Shown: positions 1 through 12,066, counted from the stretch's first letter. The stretch: DNA of 64,000 nt from Phoronis australis (GCA_002633005.1 NMRA01000174.1:456030-520029); one strand, 5' to 3'. Notes: generated by a model not told the origin, from the sequence alone. A program made the numbers and translations.

Positions 1-425
1 ATGAACATATTTATCTGAATGTCTTTTGTGGGTAATTTTGATGACAATCTGAAATAAAACAAAAGATGACAGCGACGAACTACATAAGCTACTGCTTGTC
101 GGGTCTATACCTAGTGGGAGATGAATCGTCAGTCGCGAATTTGGAAATTAAACACTCTACCAACTCTTCTATCTATATTATAATAGGATTTTATCCAACA
201 AACTCCATCTGGGCGAGGATGTACAGGTGGAAATCGTTGCTAACTACGCTTTTTAGCCACCCCCGAGTATCCAAACATACCATACACGGTGGGCCTTACA
301 ACTGGCTTGACTAAAATCAATTTGCTTGACAACTTTCGCTTTTGCTTCCAATATTCTGTGTGTGGTTTAGGTACATTTTCGCGTGTGAGCAATTGCTATG
401 ATAATTTGTGACTTTCGCAAAACAG

Positions 426-566
426 GCACCGGGGCGAACAACTATCAGTCAGTATTAGAGTACAAATGTAAAGACGGCTACCTGTTACCCAATGGAAAAG
501 ACGTCGCCTACAGTCTATGCTTGTCGTCGAAAGACTGGTCACAAACTCTTGTGCCAGATTGTCAAG
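426..566 (+). CDS. Exon: partial Sushi domain
   Basis: TGANNYQSVLEYKCKDGYLLPNGKDVAYSLCLSSKDWSQTLVPDCQ; donor caag|gtttgt. The acceptor (aacag) is less certain because the first Cys of the domain is not in this exon. Confidence 0.75.
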
Positions 567-3500
567 GTTTGTGAACTACATTCATGTCCTCCCATATGCA
601 AGTCCTAGATCCTATTTAAAGGGGGTAATAAACCTGAACGTCTGCTGACAAAGGCAATATTTGATATAGGCAACTTAACGTTTTAAACTCCCATCTCAAC
701 GTGCTCTTTACTCAGAAGTGATTTCTCGGTTTGAGAAGAATTAACATTTCGTAATGTGATTGTGAAGTTTGCTTATCACGATGGGTTAGTTTCAGCCGCC
801 TTAGCAGTATGTTTTTCAGGAGAATTCCAGGCGTTTCACTGTAATTGGTTTCACTTCAAGCAAAAGACAAGTACAAAATGTTTCAAGTGCAAACACAAGC
901 GTGCGAGCAAAGCAGTTTTAACACCACAATAGGGCTCAGTGGCTCAATTATGCTTTGAAACGGGCATGGACTCAGAACTGGATGACTCAAAATCTGAGCC
1001 ATGTTATTAATTTCTACTTAAACATCTTTACGACTTTGGTTGCAAATGTGAAACCACCACAGCGCGGTATCTGCTTCCCTGGTGTCGTCATCAATAAATA
1101 TTTTTTCTCTTATTCATAATCATAATATATGACCTTTTATCGCCTACGTGCTTCTTGTTGTAATATCTGGAAACGTGACTTCGTGGAGCCACCTGGGGTT
1201 CCTGATTTTCCATCACACGTGAGTCAGTCGGACGTAAGTTACAATACATTATATTTCAATGGTTTGCCACGTCGTGAACACATCCACTAGCACAAGAAAC
1301 TACACCGCATTTATCCACCTTCACTCTTATCAGGCTTCTATTTAGAGTCAGCATGCGTGAATAATTGGCTGATAAGCCACCTCTGGAACTACTTTTGGCT
1401 GAATGGATGACCAGGCCATAAAATGATAATTAGCCAAGACCAGTTACTAATGAAACAAAGAATAATGTCGTACCATCACCTAGCCTTGGTGGAAAGCTGT
1501 ATACTGTATTGGCTCTAATAAACGCTTAGAAAAATTCATTTCACGGGGAGGGGATTCTTATTGTAGCCTACGGCAATTGAAACCCGGTTTCCCAAACGGG
1601 TAAAATCGGAAGCTAGGATTCATCAAATTTACGCTCTGTGACGTATTTTTAGCCTATGACAGTCTTTCTACAAAATTGTGGTGCATTGCTATGAACATCC
1701 GTTGTTAAATTACGATAATTTTTCAAAAAAATTGTGCTCATCACAGGGCGAAAACTTGCTGACTGATGCGTCGCTGAATCGCCATCGTCAATAGGAAAAC
1801 TTGAACTCTTGAATAAAAATATAGTTTCGACTCAACAAATTACCTGAAATCTTCCTTATGTTTTACAATTTTTAAAGTTCATGTGGAGTCCAGATTAATT
1901 GGAATTAAGTCCAACTCTGCGCTACCTCGTACCCCACAACAAGAGAAAAATCTCTGGATGAACACACATGTTGTTGTTACGTGACGTTTGTTTTGAAGTT
2001 CGTCTGCGTATGGGAGTGAGTGCCGGAGCGTGCGTGTGTGGGTCATCGACGATAGACTTTTTTGTTACGAAAGGCGGAGGATTATGCAGGAAAATGGCGT
2101 TAACTAGGTTGTTTTTTCATTTAAACGGCTGCAACGTGCAAGTTGAGTGCTGGTTAACTCACAGATTTTGTGTGCACAGGCCTACGGTCGTTAGCTCTAC
2201 CGTGGAGTATTAATAGTCCAAGGCTCGATCTACATGTTGGGGACGAAGTGAACTACCCCGGCTGTGTGAAATTTCTGTGTCTAACGGAGACACTGACGCA
2301 GTGGTCAGCCAGCTCGCTGTATCAAGACTATAGTCAAAATCCAAATTCGTTTTATCGTGTCCCTGTCAATAATAACGGCATGTTAAAGCCTTCTTAATTT
2401 TCGTACTTCAGGAACATAACAATCACGTGTTTTGTACACATACGCGCACGCCGCAGATCACATCTCGGAAATTGCCGATTTGACGGATGACAATGAATGA
2501 GCACAATGAAATTAAACAACGTCGTTTCACAGCTTGTAAGATTCATAATAAACGTATTTTGAATATTGCAATGCATGTGTTCCAAAATCTAAATAACTTG
2601 GGTCCTATATTTTTGTATTCGTGCGCGTCGATTGAAAGTAATCGTGAGTGTTGCAAAATCTCTTATCCTGGGCCGATTTGAAAAATTCAAAGTTGTACTC
2701 ATGTTTGTTTTCGCACCTCTTTTCAAATATTACAGTAAAAACTACTTAAAACTCTCTCCATAAAAAGTACAGTCAGCTAGGTACATTGTAATCAGCTGAT
2801 CATATCCGCATGAGCAAAGCCAATTATCCTCGCTCGTGACTCGATGAATAGAGCAGCTTGGCGGCATCACTCTGATCGTGAGCCGAGTGCGACTCAGCCA
2901 AGGTGGATAAATACGGTCTAGTTCAATTTTCCATACCCCACCGTTTACCTTGGCCATTGGGGTTAGGACCAATCTTATTTAGTAGGAATGTTCATAGCGG
3001 CAAATGGTGCACTTGTTTAGTATGAACGCAAACGAACGCTCTGTGTGATCAAGAGAAATGCTTTCGGACTAAAGATTCGAAATTCGCTTTTTCATGTCAA
3101 CTCAATGTAATTTATTTTAAAGGTGAGTCTTAAGATAATCTGTATCTGTTAGCCAACATGTATTTGCAGCTGCATTTCGCGCCTGTTTAGCTGGTAAAAC
3201 GACAATAAAATTAAACCTTTTATTCTCATCAAATCGGAATCATAATGATATTCCTTAGGTCTATCGTGATAGAATTCTACTTCCGTTACCAGCATAAAAA
3301 ACATCAAAACCTTCAGTGACTCACTAAAATGCTTCAGTTTATTTGGCTTGGCCAACACTAAAATTGCGAATTCCAAAATGGCGCACGTCACATTGTCTAT
3401 GACTTGATTTGCCAGCTCATTCGGCAGCAATTCAAGATCGGATTATGGTGGTAATGCTTTCAAACTCAAAGCGCCTCGGTTAAAAATTCAACTTTGAAAT

Positions 3501-6500
3501 CAAAACAGCGACGGAAAGCATCTTAAGTGTTAGTTGAACGAGTTGTAATGTTTGTAATCAGTTGGTGCATTATTCATGTCGCCCGGGTTCTATAATATGT
3601 AAAAACACAATAACCAACCATTATGCCATACTAATTCGTTTAAAACTGAAATTTTCTAGTACATTGCAAGTCGCAACGAGAGAGAGACTGCAATTTCACG
3701 AAATGCCGACTTTGCAGTTACAATCCCCTAGAAGTCGCTTGCGCAATGTAATCAAATGAGCAACCACCAATGATCTTCTCTTTCAGAGGTAACATGTGAC
3801 TACCCGCCTCTGATTTCATATGGACTGATGGATATTTTTGACAACAAGTTGTGGACCAATATTACGTACACGTGTGACTGGAACGCCAAGTTGCCCGGTG
3901 GCGGGAAAAAGTCATCGATCACGTGCGAGAAAAATGGCAAGTGGAGTACCACGCCAATGGATTGCTATGGTTAGTAGGAGCAGTGCTCGTAATGTGGTCC
4001 ACTGCATGGGTAGGACCAGTAGCGTGGACTCTAGTACTAAGTGAAGTAAAAAAATGAAACATAAAACAGAAACTTTGTTCAATTTTACTACAAATCAGTC
4101 ACAATTTCAAAAAGTTTATCCATAGTCATTGGATGCCCCTGATGTGGATGCCCCGGGCCGTCGCTCCGTCGACCCCCCCCTTCTGTACCCTAATGGGTAG
4201 TACCATTTCGCATAATGAGAAAAAGCTGCCAACAAAATTTTGAACATCCTGTAGGCAGCCTATTTTTTAATGTGACAGTATTAAACAAAGCGCACACCCA
4301 TTTACTACATAAATCAACATCGGCGTGTAGACGCGAAGTGTATGGTGGGCCGATGAGGGGAAAGTGTCGCCGTAAAATTACGCTCGTAATTACGAGCGTA
4401 AATTAAATTGCAGGAGTGTCGCCGTACAATTACGCTCGTAAATTAAATGAAGAAAAGTTTCCCCGTAAAATTACGCTCGTAATTACGAGCGTAAATTAAG
4501 TTGAAAAAGTGCTGCAGTAAAATTACGCTCGTAAATTAAATGGGGGACATGTCGCCGTAAATTACGCTCGTAAAATACCTTAAGAACGTTCCAAATTTAA
4601 ACCAATCAGTGTTGACCTAACACGAATGTTGCTAGGGAGCTCGTTCTTGCACAATCGCTGACATTGCAGCAGCGATTTGATCCGCCATGATTCAGCGCTC
4701 GTATCGTAGACATGTAACCCGTCAGTAAATAAGTATTTCCATGAGCACGCGCGACCGTGGATTGTAAAACCCAACGTCATTGGCTAAGAGTTTAAACTAA
4801 ATTACGAGTGTAATTTTACGCCGTAAAGAATCAAATTACGCTCGTAATTTTACGGCGTAATTAACAGCGTAAATAACGGCGTAATGTACATAATTACGCT
4901 CGTATTTTTCCGGCGACACTTTCCCCCCAACGGCCCATCATAGAAGTGTTCTCTTACGCGCATAAATCACATTGCCCCTTCTACGGCATGAGCGAATTCA
5001 ACAGGGTCCAGACTCCAGGGTCTAATCTTTGTACTCGAAATCTAACCTTAGATTATTATTTACATTTTCTATTCTACTTGTGTGCGAATTCAAGATAAGT
5101 GTCTACTATTCTGTGCCCGAGTGCATTATGGCATACTCGCGAAACACTCGCGTGATTTTGCGGAACGTTTTCCTGTTCAACCGCGTGCCGGCAATGAGAG
5201 ATTAATGAAATGTCGAGCTAACGATTCCTCATAAATTTCTGCACCAGTTTTCGGAAATCTTAGAACCCCTTGTTTACTTTTTACTATATTTCTCATACTT
5301 CTCGCAGTCAGTCAACAATTAATTTTAATGATTGGATCGTTGATTACGAGCAATTTCTTACTTGATATCAGTCGTGTCTTAGATAGGAATTTTTCCATCA
5401 TTTGCCTTTATTTACAGTTAGCAAATGCCCAGAGGATCCCGGATGGCACTTGGACAGTTCAACTGCCCAGTGCTACTACCTATCCAGCGATAACAACGAG
5501 AAGGCTACTTTTGAAGAATCAGTGAAAGCCTGCACTGCAAAGCTAGCGAATATCGTCACCATCAACTCTACGGCTGAAAACGACTTCGTTAAAAATCAAG
5601 GGTATTACGATGGAATGAACTTCCAAATAAGATATACTTTACATTGCCCTGTGTTTTTACTTTACGATAATTACAGCACTGGGCAGCATTTACGAAAAAG
5701 AGATTGTATAGAATGAAATGAACGACACCTCAAACTCTCACCGTTAATCGCTTCTCATTTTAAATCAGACGACTAAACAGTGAAATTAGACACCCTTACA
5801 ATTTAGGAAAAATGAATTACACAGTCTTGGCAGAATGTTCTCTGTCACACATTTTGTTTTGAGCAGGCCAGCCAAGTATCTTGTGGACCACTGGATAGGT
5901 CTTCAGGAGTCTGTGAACAAGACGCACTGGGAGTGGGCCGAGGACGGATCGCAACCAACGTACGACAACTGGTTTAAAGATGAACCCGACGGCGACGGAT
6001 CATGTGCTCGTATGAGCAAATCCGGCATTTGGAAAGACAGAAGGTGTTCTTACCAGAATTCTTACGTATGCGAAACCATAGCTGGTAAGCACTACCGCAG
6101 CCAGAGGCGGATCTACAGGGGGGTTCAGGGGTTTAAACCCCCCCTCGGGACAGGATCAAAAATAAAAACTGGAAAAAAAAAATCGCCAGAAAAACGAAAT
6201 TAGCAACTAAAAATCCCAAAAAATCTTACACGGGAGGAGGGAAACCCTCTCGCGACCTTCCTTCTCCTCGGCGCTACGCGCCTCGGATTCTCTCGAATCC
6301 TAAACCCCCCGGCCCTTACTGAAATCGTAGATCTGCCACTGGCAGCTTATTAAAGAGTTACTAAACTCTCTTTTGATGATTTGACCAAACGGTGGTTCTG
6401 TTACCTACAATTCCGCCACTAGCACCTCCTTTTGAAAGGAAACAGTATTATCCATCTAAAACAAAAGCTGACTTTTGAAATAGCCGCGTCATATTGAAAT

Positions 6501-9500
6501 TCACAGTCCGCCAGACGGCGATCAGGTCTATGATGGACGAGCGTTCAGCGCCACCTACAGATCACATGTAATGCAGACCGGGGAGTTTTCAATCTGTGGT
6601 ATAAACATCGGTTTAAGCAATGGGCGCGTATAATATAATTTATCTTACTGGTTTCTAACACATTTCCTGCTACTGTAAAGCCGGCAAATTTCCACTGCTG
6701 TGCGGTGGGATTTACTAATGCCTTACGAAAAATGGCAAATCTTGTGAGATATCAGTGGGGTGAACAAGAGGACATCATGTTCCATGTAATTGCCACGAAA
6801 AAAGAATGACTGTGGCTGATAAAGCGGGAGGATTTCAGTCCCAGCCGGAGTCAAAATGCTAAAATAAATAAGTGAGCTTAAACTAAACAATGAGTGGGAC
6901 TGACAGTGGAATGTATTCGTAGCAACTAATGTATGTAGTAATTGAATTTCTGACCACCAAGTCTCAGTTGGTATCGATCGGAAATCACTTTTGTGCTCAC
7001 ATTACTCTAAAAAGCGCCTGTAAGAAAACTCTCCTATTGTTCTAGATGCCAAAACGCGATCGTACGGTTCGAGGTGGGTGGTCAGTCTGGTAGAACCTTT
7101 TGATGAGTTTCCAAACTTTTTCCTAAATGCCCCAAATATAAATGTCACAGCCGCAAATTAAAGACTTTATTTATAGCGTAAGAGGTTTTGTTAACAAAAA
7201 CTACCAAACTGATATTTTCCGATGTTGAACGACGTAATGCGCTTTATCCGTTTAAGAGTGGTGTCTTTATGTTTTCAGTTTGCAACAAGAATCCAAAAGT
7301 GCCTTACGCGGTGGCCAGTGTCTCTGTAACCGGGGCCAACATTGGCAAGAAAATCAATTACACGTGTACCCCTGGTTATAAGTTTCCTGATGGCACGACA
7401 CATCGAACAGTAGAGTGTTTGTACGGGGGTTTCTGGAGCGATATACAGGCATGCAAAAGTGAGTGACTCGTTTATGCGCATTCGTTCCTTTCGCTAACGT
7501 TGCCGAAAACCAGGAGCCCTATCCCTAATTCAAGACTGAGTAACTGGCGATTGACAGCTGGTTTGAGATCGCGTGTTTCGTTTGTAATGCATTGCAGTAC
7601 GATCTCGACCATAACCACCTTTGCTAAAAGTCCAGAAATTTTACGCATGCATTTGCGACGGACGATGTGTGGCAGTATTGATGGAACAAACTCTAGACTC
7701 CATGTGAACTACTCTTGTATTTACCTAGGGATGATGACTGACAGGAGTGACATACCAAGGCGGTAAATCTGAAGTACATGTATTTGTTGTAGTAATAACA
7801 GACGAGTAGAGTGTTGGGTTTTTGCGTTTCAGTTGTACAATTGTGTGAATGCTTTTTACCCATCTAGTTGTGAACTGTCCAGCTTTCCTTCCACTAAGCG
7901 TTGCAAATGCAATGCCCAGTACGTATCAGACGACTTACGGAACGGTTGTAACCTACACATGCTTTCCTGGACACTGGTTCTCCAGTAATGAAGATGGAAC
8001 AACGCGCTCAATGACGTGTCAAGCAGACGCTACTTGGAGTGCCGTTATTCCAGCATGCATACGTAAGTATCGATAGTCGCGCATCAACAACAATTTCTTA
8101 ATAAATTGAGCATAAATGACAAATCATAAAGCAGTTAAGGCTTTACAAAGCTCAAGAACGCATTTAATTACAAGTTTAAAAATAAAATAAATACGAAATT
8201 TGCTTACATTCATTTTATACTTTCAAGAGTTTTTCCGCTGGGTTTGGCGTTTTTAGTTTAAAGAGAAATTTTGTAGACAGTCGCACTGAAAGCCGCACTG
8301 GTTGTGGCCACAGGCGCTTTTGGCACGAATCAAAAAATCCCGCATGTTTTTGACGATCGTTTCTCTCCAGTTCCACTCCCGTCTTCTATGTTCTAAAAAG
8401 TTGTGACTTAAACTGCTAACGTTCGAAAACAAAGTTTCTTTTTTCTGTTTCAGCGCGATACTGCAGCTCAGCAGATCTCCCCACAGCTAGTTCGGCAGTC
8501 GCTACTCACGTAGTTGGTTCTCAAGTGCTATTCACATGCAAAACTGGATTCGAATTCAACGACACTCGTGTGACGGAAGTGTACACGTGCCAAGAGGATA
8601 CCACGTGGGCACCAACAGGTGTTTCATGTCAAGGTAAGGCACTATTTGCATGGCTATGGTGAAAACTGAATTTAGACACGTAAGTAAAACCTTATTTGCC
8701 GTTAATTTTGGACATATGAACCATACGAGTTAGAGCCATTGCAGAGATTTTCAGCGAATGTGAGACTGTAACAAAGATTATATAGTATCTTTGACTGTAA
8801 GGAGTAAGGACTCAATGGTGTCATGTCTAGTGCATCAAAACTTAATGTTAAGCTTCTATTTAGTTGTTCTATAACCAGCGCGTTACAATTACGCAAATTT
8901 CAAACACCAAACTACGTCTTTGGACGAAAGCATACAGAAGTTTTACCTATATCAGTCATGAGTTCTAAAAACTTAGAAAATTTTTGCTTTATTTACAGTC
9001 CTTCACTGTCCGCCGCTATCACATCCCGACGCCATCACGGAGTCCAGTGACACAGCATTCGGATCAAAGGTTAAAGTCACGTGCACACCAGGTCACATGT
9101 ACGCTGATACGATGATCACGAAAGAATCTGAATGTTTAGCCGACAAAACATGGACTCCATTGCCAACTTGTGAAAGTAGGTGAAGAAACCTACTTTCAAA
9201 AAAATGCTTGTTTGTGTATTTTCACACACCAAAGTTCTTTGTTTATCAGGAGGATGCCAAATCAATGCACTATATAATCTACTGCAGGAAAACTAAGAAA
9301 ACATTAGAAGACTACTTTTTTACGTGAAAAACATAAAAAATGAAATAACAAACTAACACGTCGCCCAAAGCATAGATTCAGTGCTCACGTTTACAAAGTG
9401 GAAATATATACATCGCCGTAATTACTGCTTTGACTCGGGGTGTTTGGTAAACTTAGCAATTCTTTACAATGTTGTTCAGAATTAAAATTGTAGAGCAAAT

Positions 9501-11084
9501 TTAATCTACAGAATCATTTTCAACAGTAAAATTTAATTACTTCATCTAATGTCTGATGTCTTCACATTTTACATCACAAATCAGTAGTTTAGTTGGGGTT
9601 ACGCCGTAATGATACCGTTACTGCTGAACACCCTAACATATAAGCTCGAACATTCTCTCGTTCCAGTCATCCGATGCTCAGCAGTTCCTAAAGTAGGACG
9701 CGCTACAGCAGATACCACTGAGAACAAACTTGGTACTGTAGTCAATTTCACGTGTAACGAAGGGTTTCAATTCATTGACGGCTCTACCTGGCGCTTGATG
9801 AAGTGCGACGGATACGCCGAATGGTCCCCTTCTTCAATGCCTTCTTGTACAGGTATATTGCATTTTGTCCTCGGGATATATGAGGAACATAAATTAATGC
9901 TACCGAATCCAGTCAAGTAATTCTTTAGTATATGTGGCATGTCGAGCAATAGGAGTTTACTGAATTACACTATCGATGGGGATTGTCTCGATATTGGAAA
10001 GGGCGTAGAACCAACAACGGAAGTTACGACATCAATATCAATGCAATAAAATCATGTTTCACAAGTGCATCTGCATCAGAGGTTAAACGTTGGGAAGTTT
10101 TCCAAGTGCTGGAGACCATTAAGAGTACGAGTTGTTCAAAGCATGCCTAAGTTTTGCTATTCTCTTAATTGCGGAGTTATTCTAGACATTTTGAACGCGT
10201 ACATCAGTATGTAAAAGAGAATGAAATCTCGAGATAGCCAGTGATTGCGCAGATTTCATAATCATTGTTCACTATAATCTATCCTGTTTTCCAAAGCTTC
10301 ATACGGTGTGTATCTAATAGGACAGTCCAAAATGGTGGGAGACGGGCTTACAATTTCATTAAGGCAGTCTTAATAATACTTGAATTTTTTGGCGTACAAT
10401 CAAATACTAATTTCGGTGAACGGTAACGAGTTTCCAGTCTGTTTCCTCTTTATTGGAAAACTCGTGCATTTGGTGGTTGGGTAGGTATTTGAACAAACGC
10501 CGAGAGACAGCAGCAATATACGGTCTTGTTTTTCAGACGCTCCATACGTCATCAACCTCGCCGGTGACCATAGCCCGCAAGAAGCAGAAGCAGCTCTTAG
10601 TATCGGTGCAGTAGTTCTGATTTGCGTCGGCGTATTCTTCGCGGGCATTTTCATTTTTGATATGGCAACAATGGGAATGCACCTCACTAGAATACGTTAC
10701 AATCTCTTTGGTGGAGAACCCCCCAGTTTTCACTACATCTCAGGCAACAAGAAAATGAAACAGAGCGGAAGAAATGAGAAAAAGAATCGAAACAAAAATG
10801 AAAAGAAAATGCCAGTAGAAGTTCCGCGGGAAACGCTGCAGGTGGAAACGCCGAAGCAACCCGAACCCTCCCCTCAGTTAAAGAAATACGAGATCACCGA
10901 CATCGCAGAAGAGGACATGGACGAGCTACAGCAACAGTTGGACAAAGAAATGGAGGAACTTGGTGACCTCGGAGACATGAGCGACCTTGACCTCGACGGC
11001 GACCTCGGATCAGATCTGGAAGCTGACATGGAAGCTTTTGGTATAACAGGGGAGGAAGACGGAATTCCCAAAACAGAGTTATAA
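426..11084 (+). CDS. 5'-truncated multi-exon gene: Sushi/CCP-repeat + C-type lectin type I membrane protein (selectin/CSMD-like), ~730 aa visible
   Basis: Ten phase-compatible GT-AG exons: 426-566, 3787-3969, 5418-5601, 5867-6084, 7279-7458, 7868-8062, 8454-8633, 8999-9175, 9667-9852, 10537-11084. Sushi exons are phase 1-1 with a C..C..G(Y/F)..C...W...C pattern. CTL has WIGL and EPD motifs. TM is SIGAVVLICVGVFFAGIFIF; the tail is acidic and ends KTEL*. The 5' end lies outside the window. Confidence 0.88.
3787..3969 (+). CDS. Exon: Sushi domain
   Basis: tttcag|; VTCDYPPLISYGLMDIFDNKLWTNITYTCDWNAKLPGGGKKSSITCEKNGKWSTTPMDCY; |gttagt; 183 nt, phase 1-1. Confidence 0.88.
4017..4195. mobile_element. 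Degenerate hAT-like MITE
   Basis: Ends cagtagcgt / accctaatg match 7/9 as an inverted repeat; flanked by a near-identical 8-bp direct repeat ggtaggac (4009-4016) / ggtagtac (4196-4203). Confidence 0.45.
4341..4942. mobile_element. Non-autonomous foldback DNA transposon, IS3EU-like (TAY..RTA ends, 6-bp TSD)
   Basis: ~32-bp TIR tatggtgggccgatgaggggaaagtgtcgccg vs the revcomp of the right end tatgatgggccgttggggggaaagtgtcgccg; exact 6-bp TSD gaagtg (4335-4340, 4943-4948); subterminal arrays of TTACGCTCGTAA motifs. Confidence 0.85.
5418..5601 (+). CDS. Exon: C-type lectin domain, N-terminal half
   Basis: ttacag|; SKCPEDPGWHLDSSTAQCYYLS...FEESVKACTAKLANIVTINSTAENDFV; phase 1-2. Confidence 0.87.
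5867..6084 (+). CDS. Exon: C-type lectin domain, C-terminal half
   Basis: gagcag|; HWIGLQE...WEWAEDGSQPTYDNWFKDEPDGDGSCARMSKSGIWKDRRCSYQNSYVCE; |gtaagc; phase 2-1. Confidence 0.9.
6102..6341. mobile_element. MITE with CAG(A/T)GGC(G/A)GATCTAC termini, 5-bp TSD
   Basis: TIR cagaggcggatctac / gtagatctgccactg (13/15); direct repeat gcagc on both sides; starts 17 nt after the exon donor. Confidence 0.8.
6493..6593. mobile_element. Possible ~100-bp mini-MITE containing a CTCF-like motif
   Basis: Imperfect inverted ends attgaaattcacagtccg / cagaccggggagttttcaat; internal cagcgccacctacaga. Confidence 0.35.
7279..7458 (+). CDS. Exon: Sushi domain
   Basis: tttcag|; CNKNPKVPYAVASVSVTGANIGKKINYTCTPGYKFPDGTTHRTVECLYGGFWSDIQACK; |gtgagt. 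Confidence 0.9.
7868..8062 (+). CDS. Exon: Sushi domain
   Basis: atctag|; VNCPAFLPLSVANAMPSTYQTTYGTVVTYTCFPGHWF...MTCQADATWSAVIPACI; |gtaagt. Confidence 0.9.
8454..8633 (+). CDS. Exon: Sushi domain (not in ORF track)
   Basis: tttcag|; RYCSSADLPTASSAVATHVVGSQVLFTCKTGFEFNDTRVTEVYTCQEDTTWAPTGVSCQ; |gtaagg. Confidence 0.88.
8999..9175 (+). CDS. Exon: Sushi domain (not in ORF track)
   Basis: ttacag|; LHCPPLSHPDAITESSDTAFGSKVKVTCTPGHMYADTMITKESECLADKTWTPLPTCE; |gtaggt. Confidence 0.88.
9667..9852 (+). CDS. Exon: Sushi domain
   Basis: ttccag|; IRCSAVPKVGRATADTTENKLGTVVNFTCNEGFQFIDGSTWRLMKCDGYAEWSPSSMPSCT; |gtatat. Confidence 0.9.
10537..11084 (+). CDS. Terminal exon: TM helix plus basic then acidic cytoplasmic tail
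   Basis: tttcag|; APYVINLAGDHSPQEAEAALSIGAVVLICVGVFFAGIFIFDMATMGMHLTRIRYNL...DLGDMSDLDLDGDLGSDLE...IPKTEL*. Confidence 0.88.
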
Positions 11085-12060
11085 TAAAGTCGTCCAAGTG
11101 AAGTATTATATTTTTCAAATGAATTTTACTTTTACCTCGTCAACGCCAGGACTTGTCGGAGAGCCAGTGTGTGGCGAGATATAAAAAGTATAAACAAGAG
11201 TGTCAGTGATTAGCTTGGCGAGTGTACCGATCAGTAAGAAGAAAATGCGAGTATTGATATGTCGGTATTAAACAAGCTACAGCATGTACCACTATTGGCA
11301 TTGGATCAGTTTCGTACTGTTCTGTTAATACAGTAACAGGCAAAGATAAAAGACGGGAAATTCTATCAACTCAGGAAACGAAAATACAAACACAAATTGT
11401 GTTATGATGTTAGACTGATGCCACATTTATGTTCCCAACGTTTATTTTTGACAATGGACAATTTCAGATCATTCAATGCTTGTACTTTTTTATATTACAC
11501 GGTGTTACACGTTGAGTAATTCGCAACTCAACCAAATCACTTGAATTCGCATTCAGGTAATTTCCAGTGACATCCAACATTCAGCGGTTTTACTTCATTC
11601 CTGGCGCTAACATTAGACTTCACAATGAGTGCTGCAGTGGTTTTCAGCAGTTGAAATCGTGATCTCAGCTGTAGCCTACTGAGTCATAGGTGTCGAGACC
11701 GTTTCATTCAAGAGTCGACTCACCTATATCTAACAACAACATGTCGTGGAAATCGACCCCATGTCGTGCAACTGTTCACAAATATAAATCGCCAGAGGAA
11801 TAATTTACGAAGAAGAGAAAAAAATCTAGTTATCAAAAGCAGTATAGACTGTTGACATTGCTTTTGATGAAAGTCATTACAAGATAGAAGTCAAGCTTTT
11901 TTTCGTCTGAAATTACTGCGTCTGGTTACATATAGAAGCAATCTGGCCTGATCTTAGAAAGATCTAATGTTGCCTTAGGAAGTAAATGCAAGCGTACAGA
12001 GATAACGTTACATTTACTACGAGCCCAAATGAAGTGCATATGTTTTTGATGTAGACACTA

Positions 12061-12066
12061 AATAAA
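12061..12066 (+). promoter_or_regulatory. Candidate polyadenylation signal of the Sushi/CTL gene
   Basis: AATAAA ~1 kb after the stop, followed by a GT/T-rich tract; another AATAAA overlaps the stop at 11083-11088. Confidence 0.4.

Noticed and set aside
66-314. 82-aa ORF at the window start as part of gene 1
   Set aside because: No Sushi Cys/Trp pattern and no convincing phase-compatible splice sites.
4360-4575. Repeat-spacer-like array resembling CRISPR
   Set aside because: The 'spacers' are only ~10-15 bp and related to each other. The array sits inside TIRs with a TSD in a eukaryotic intron, and there are no cas genes.
11070-11084. KTEL as an ER-retention signal
   Set aside because: It lies on the cytosolic side of a type I TM protein, where KDEL receptors cannot reach it; treated as a PDZ-type motif instead.
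10400-11118. Several minus-strand ORFs
   Set aside because: Antisense shadows of the terminal exon of the Sushi/CTL gene.
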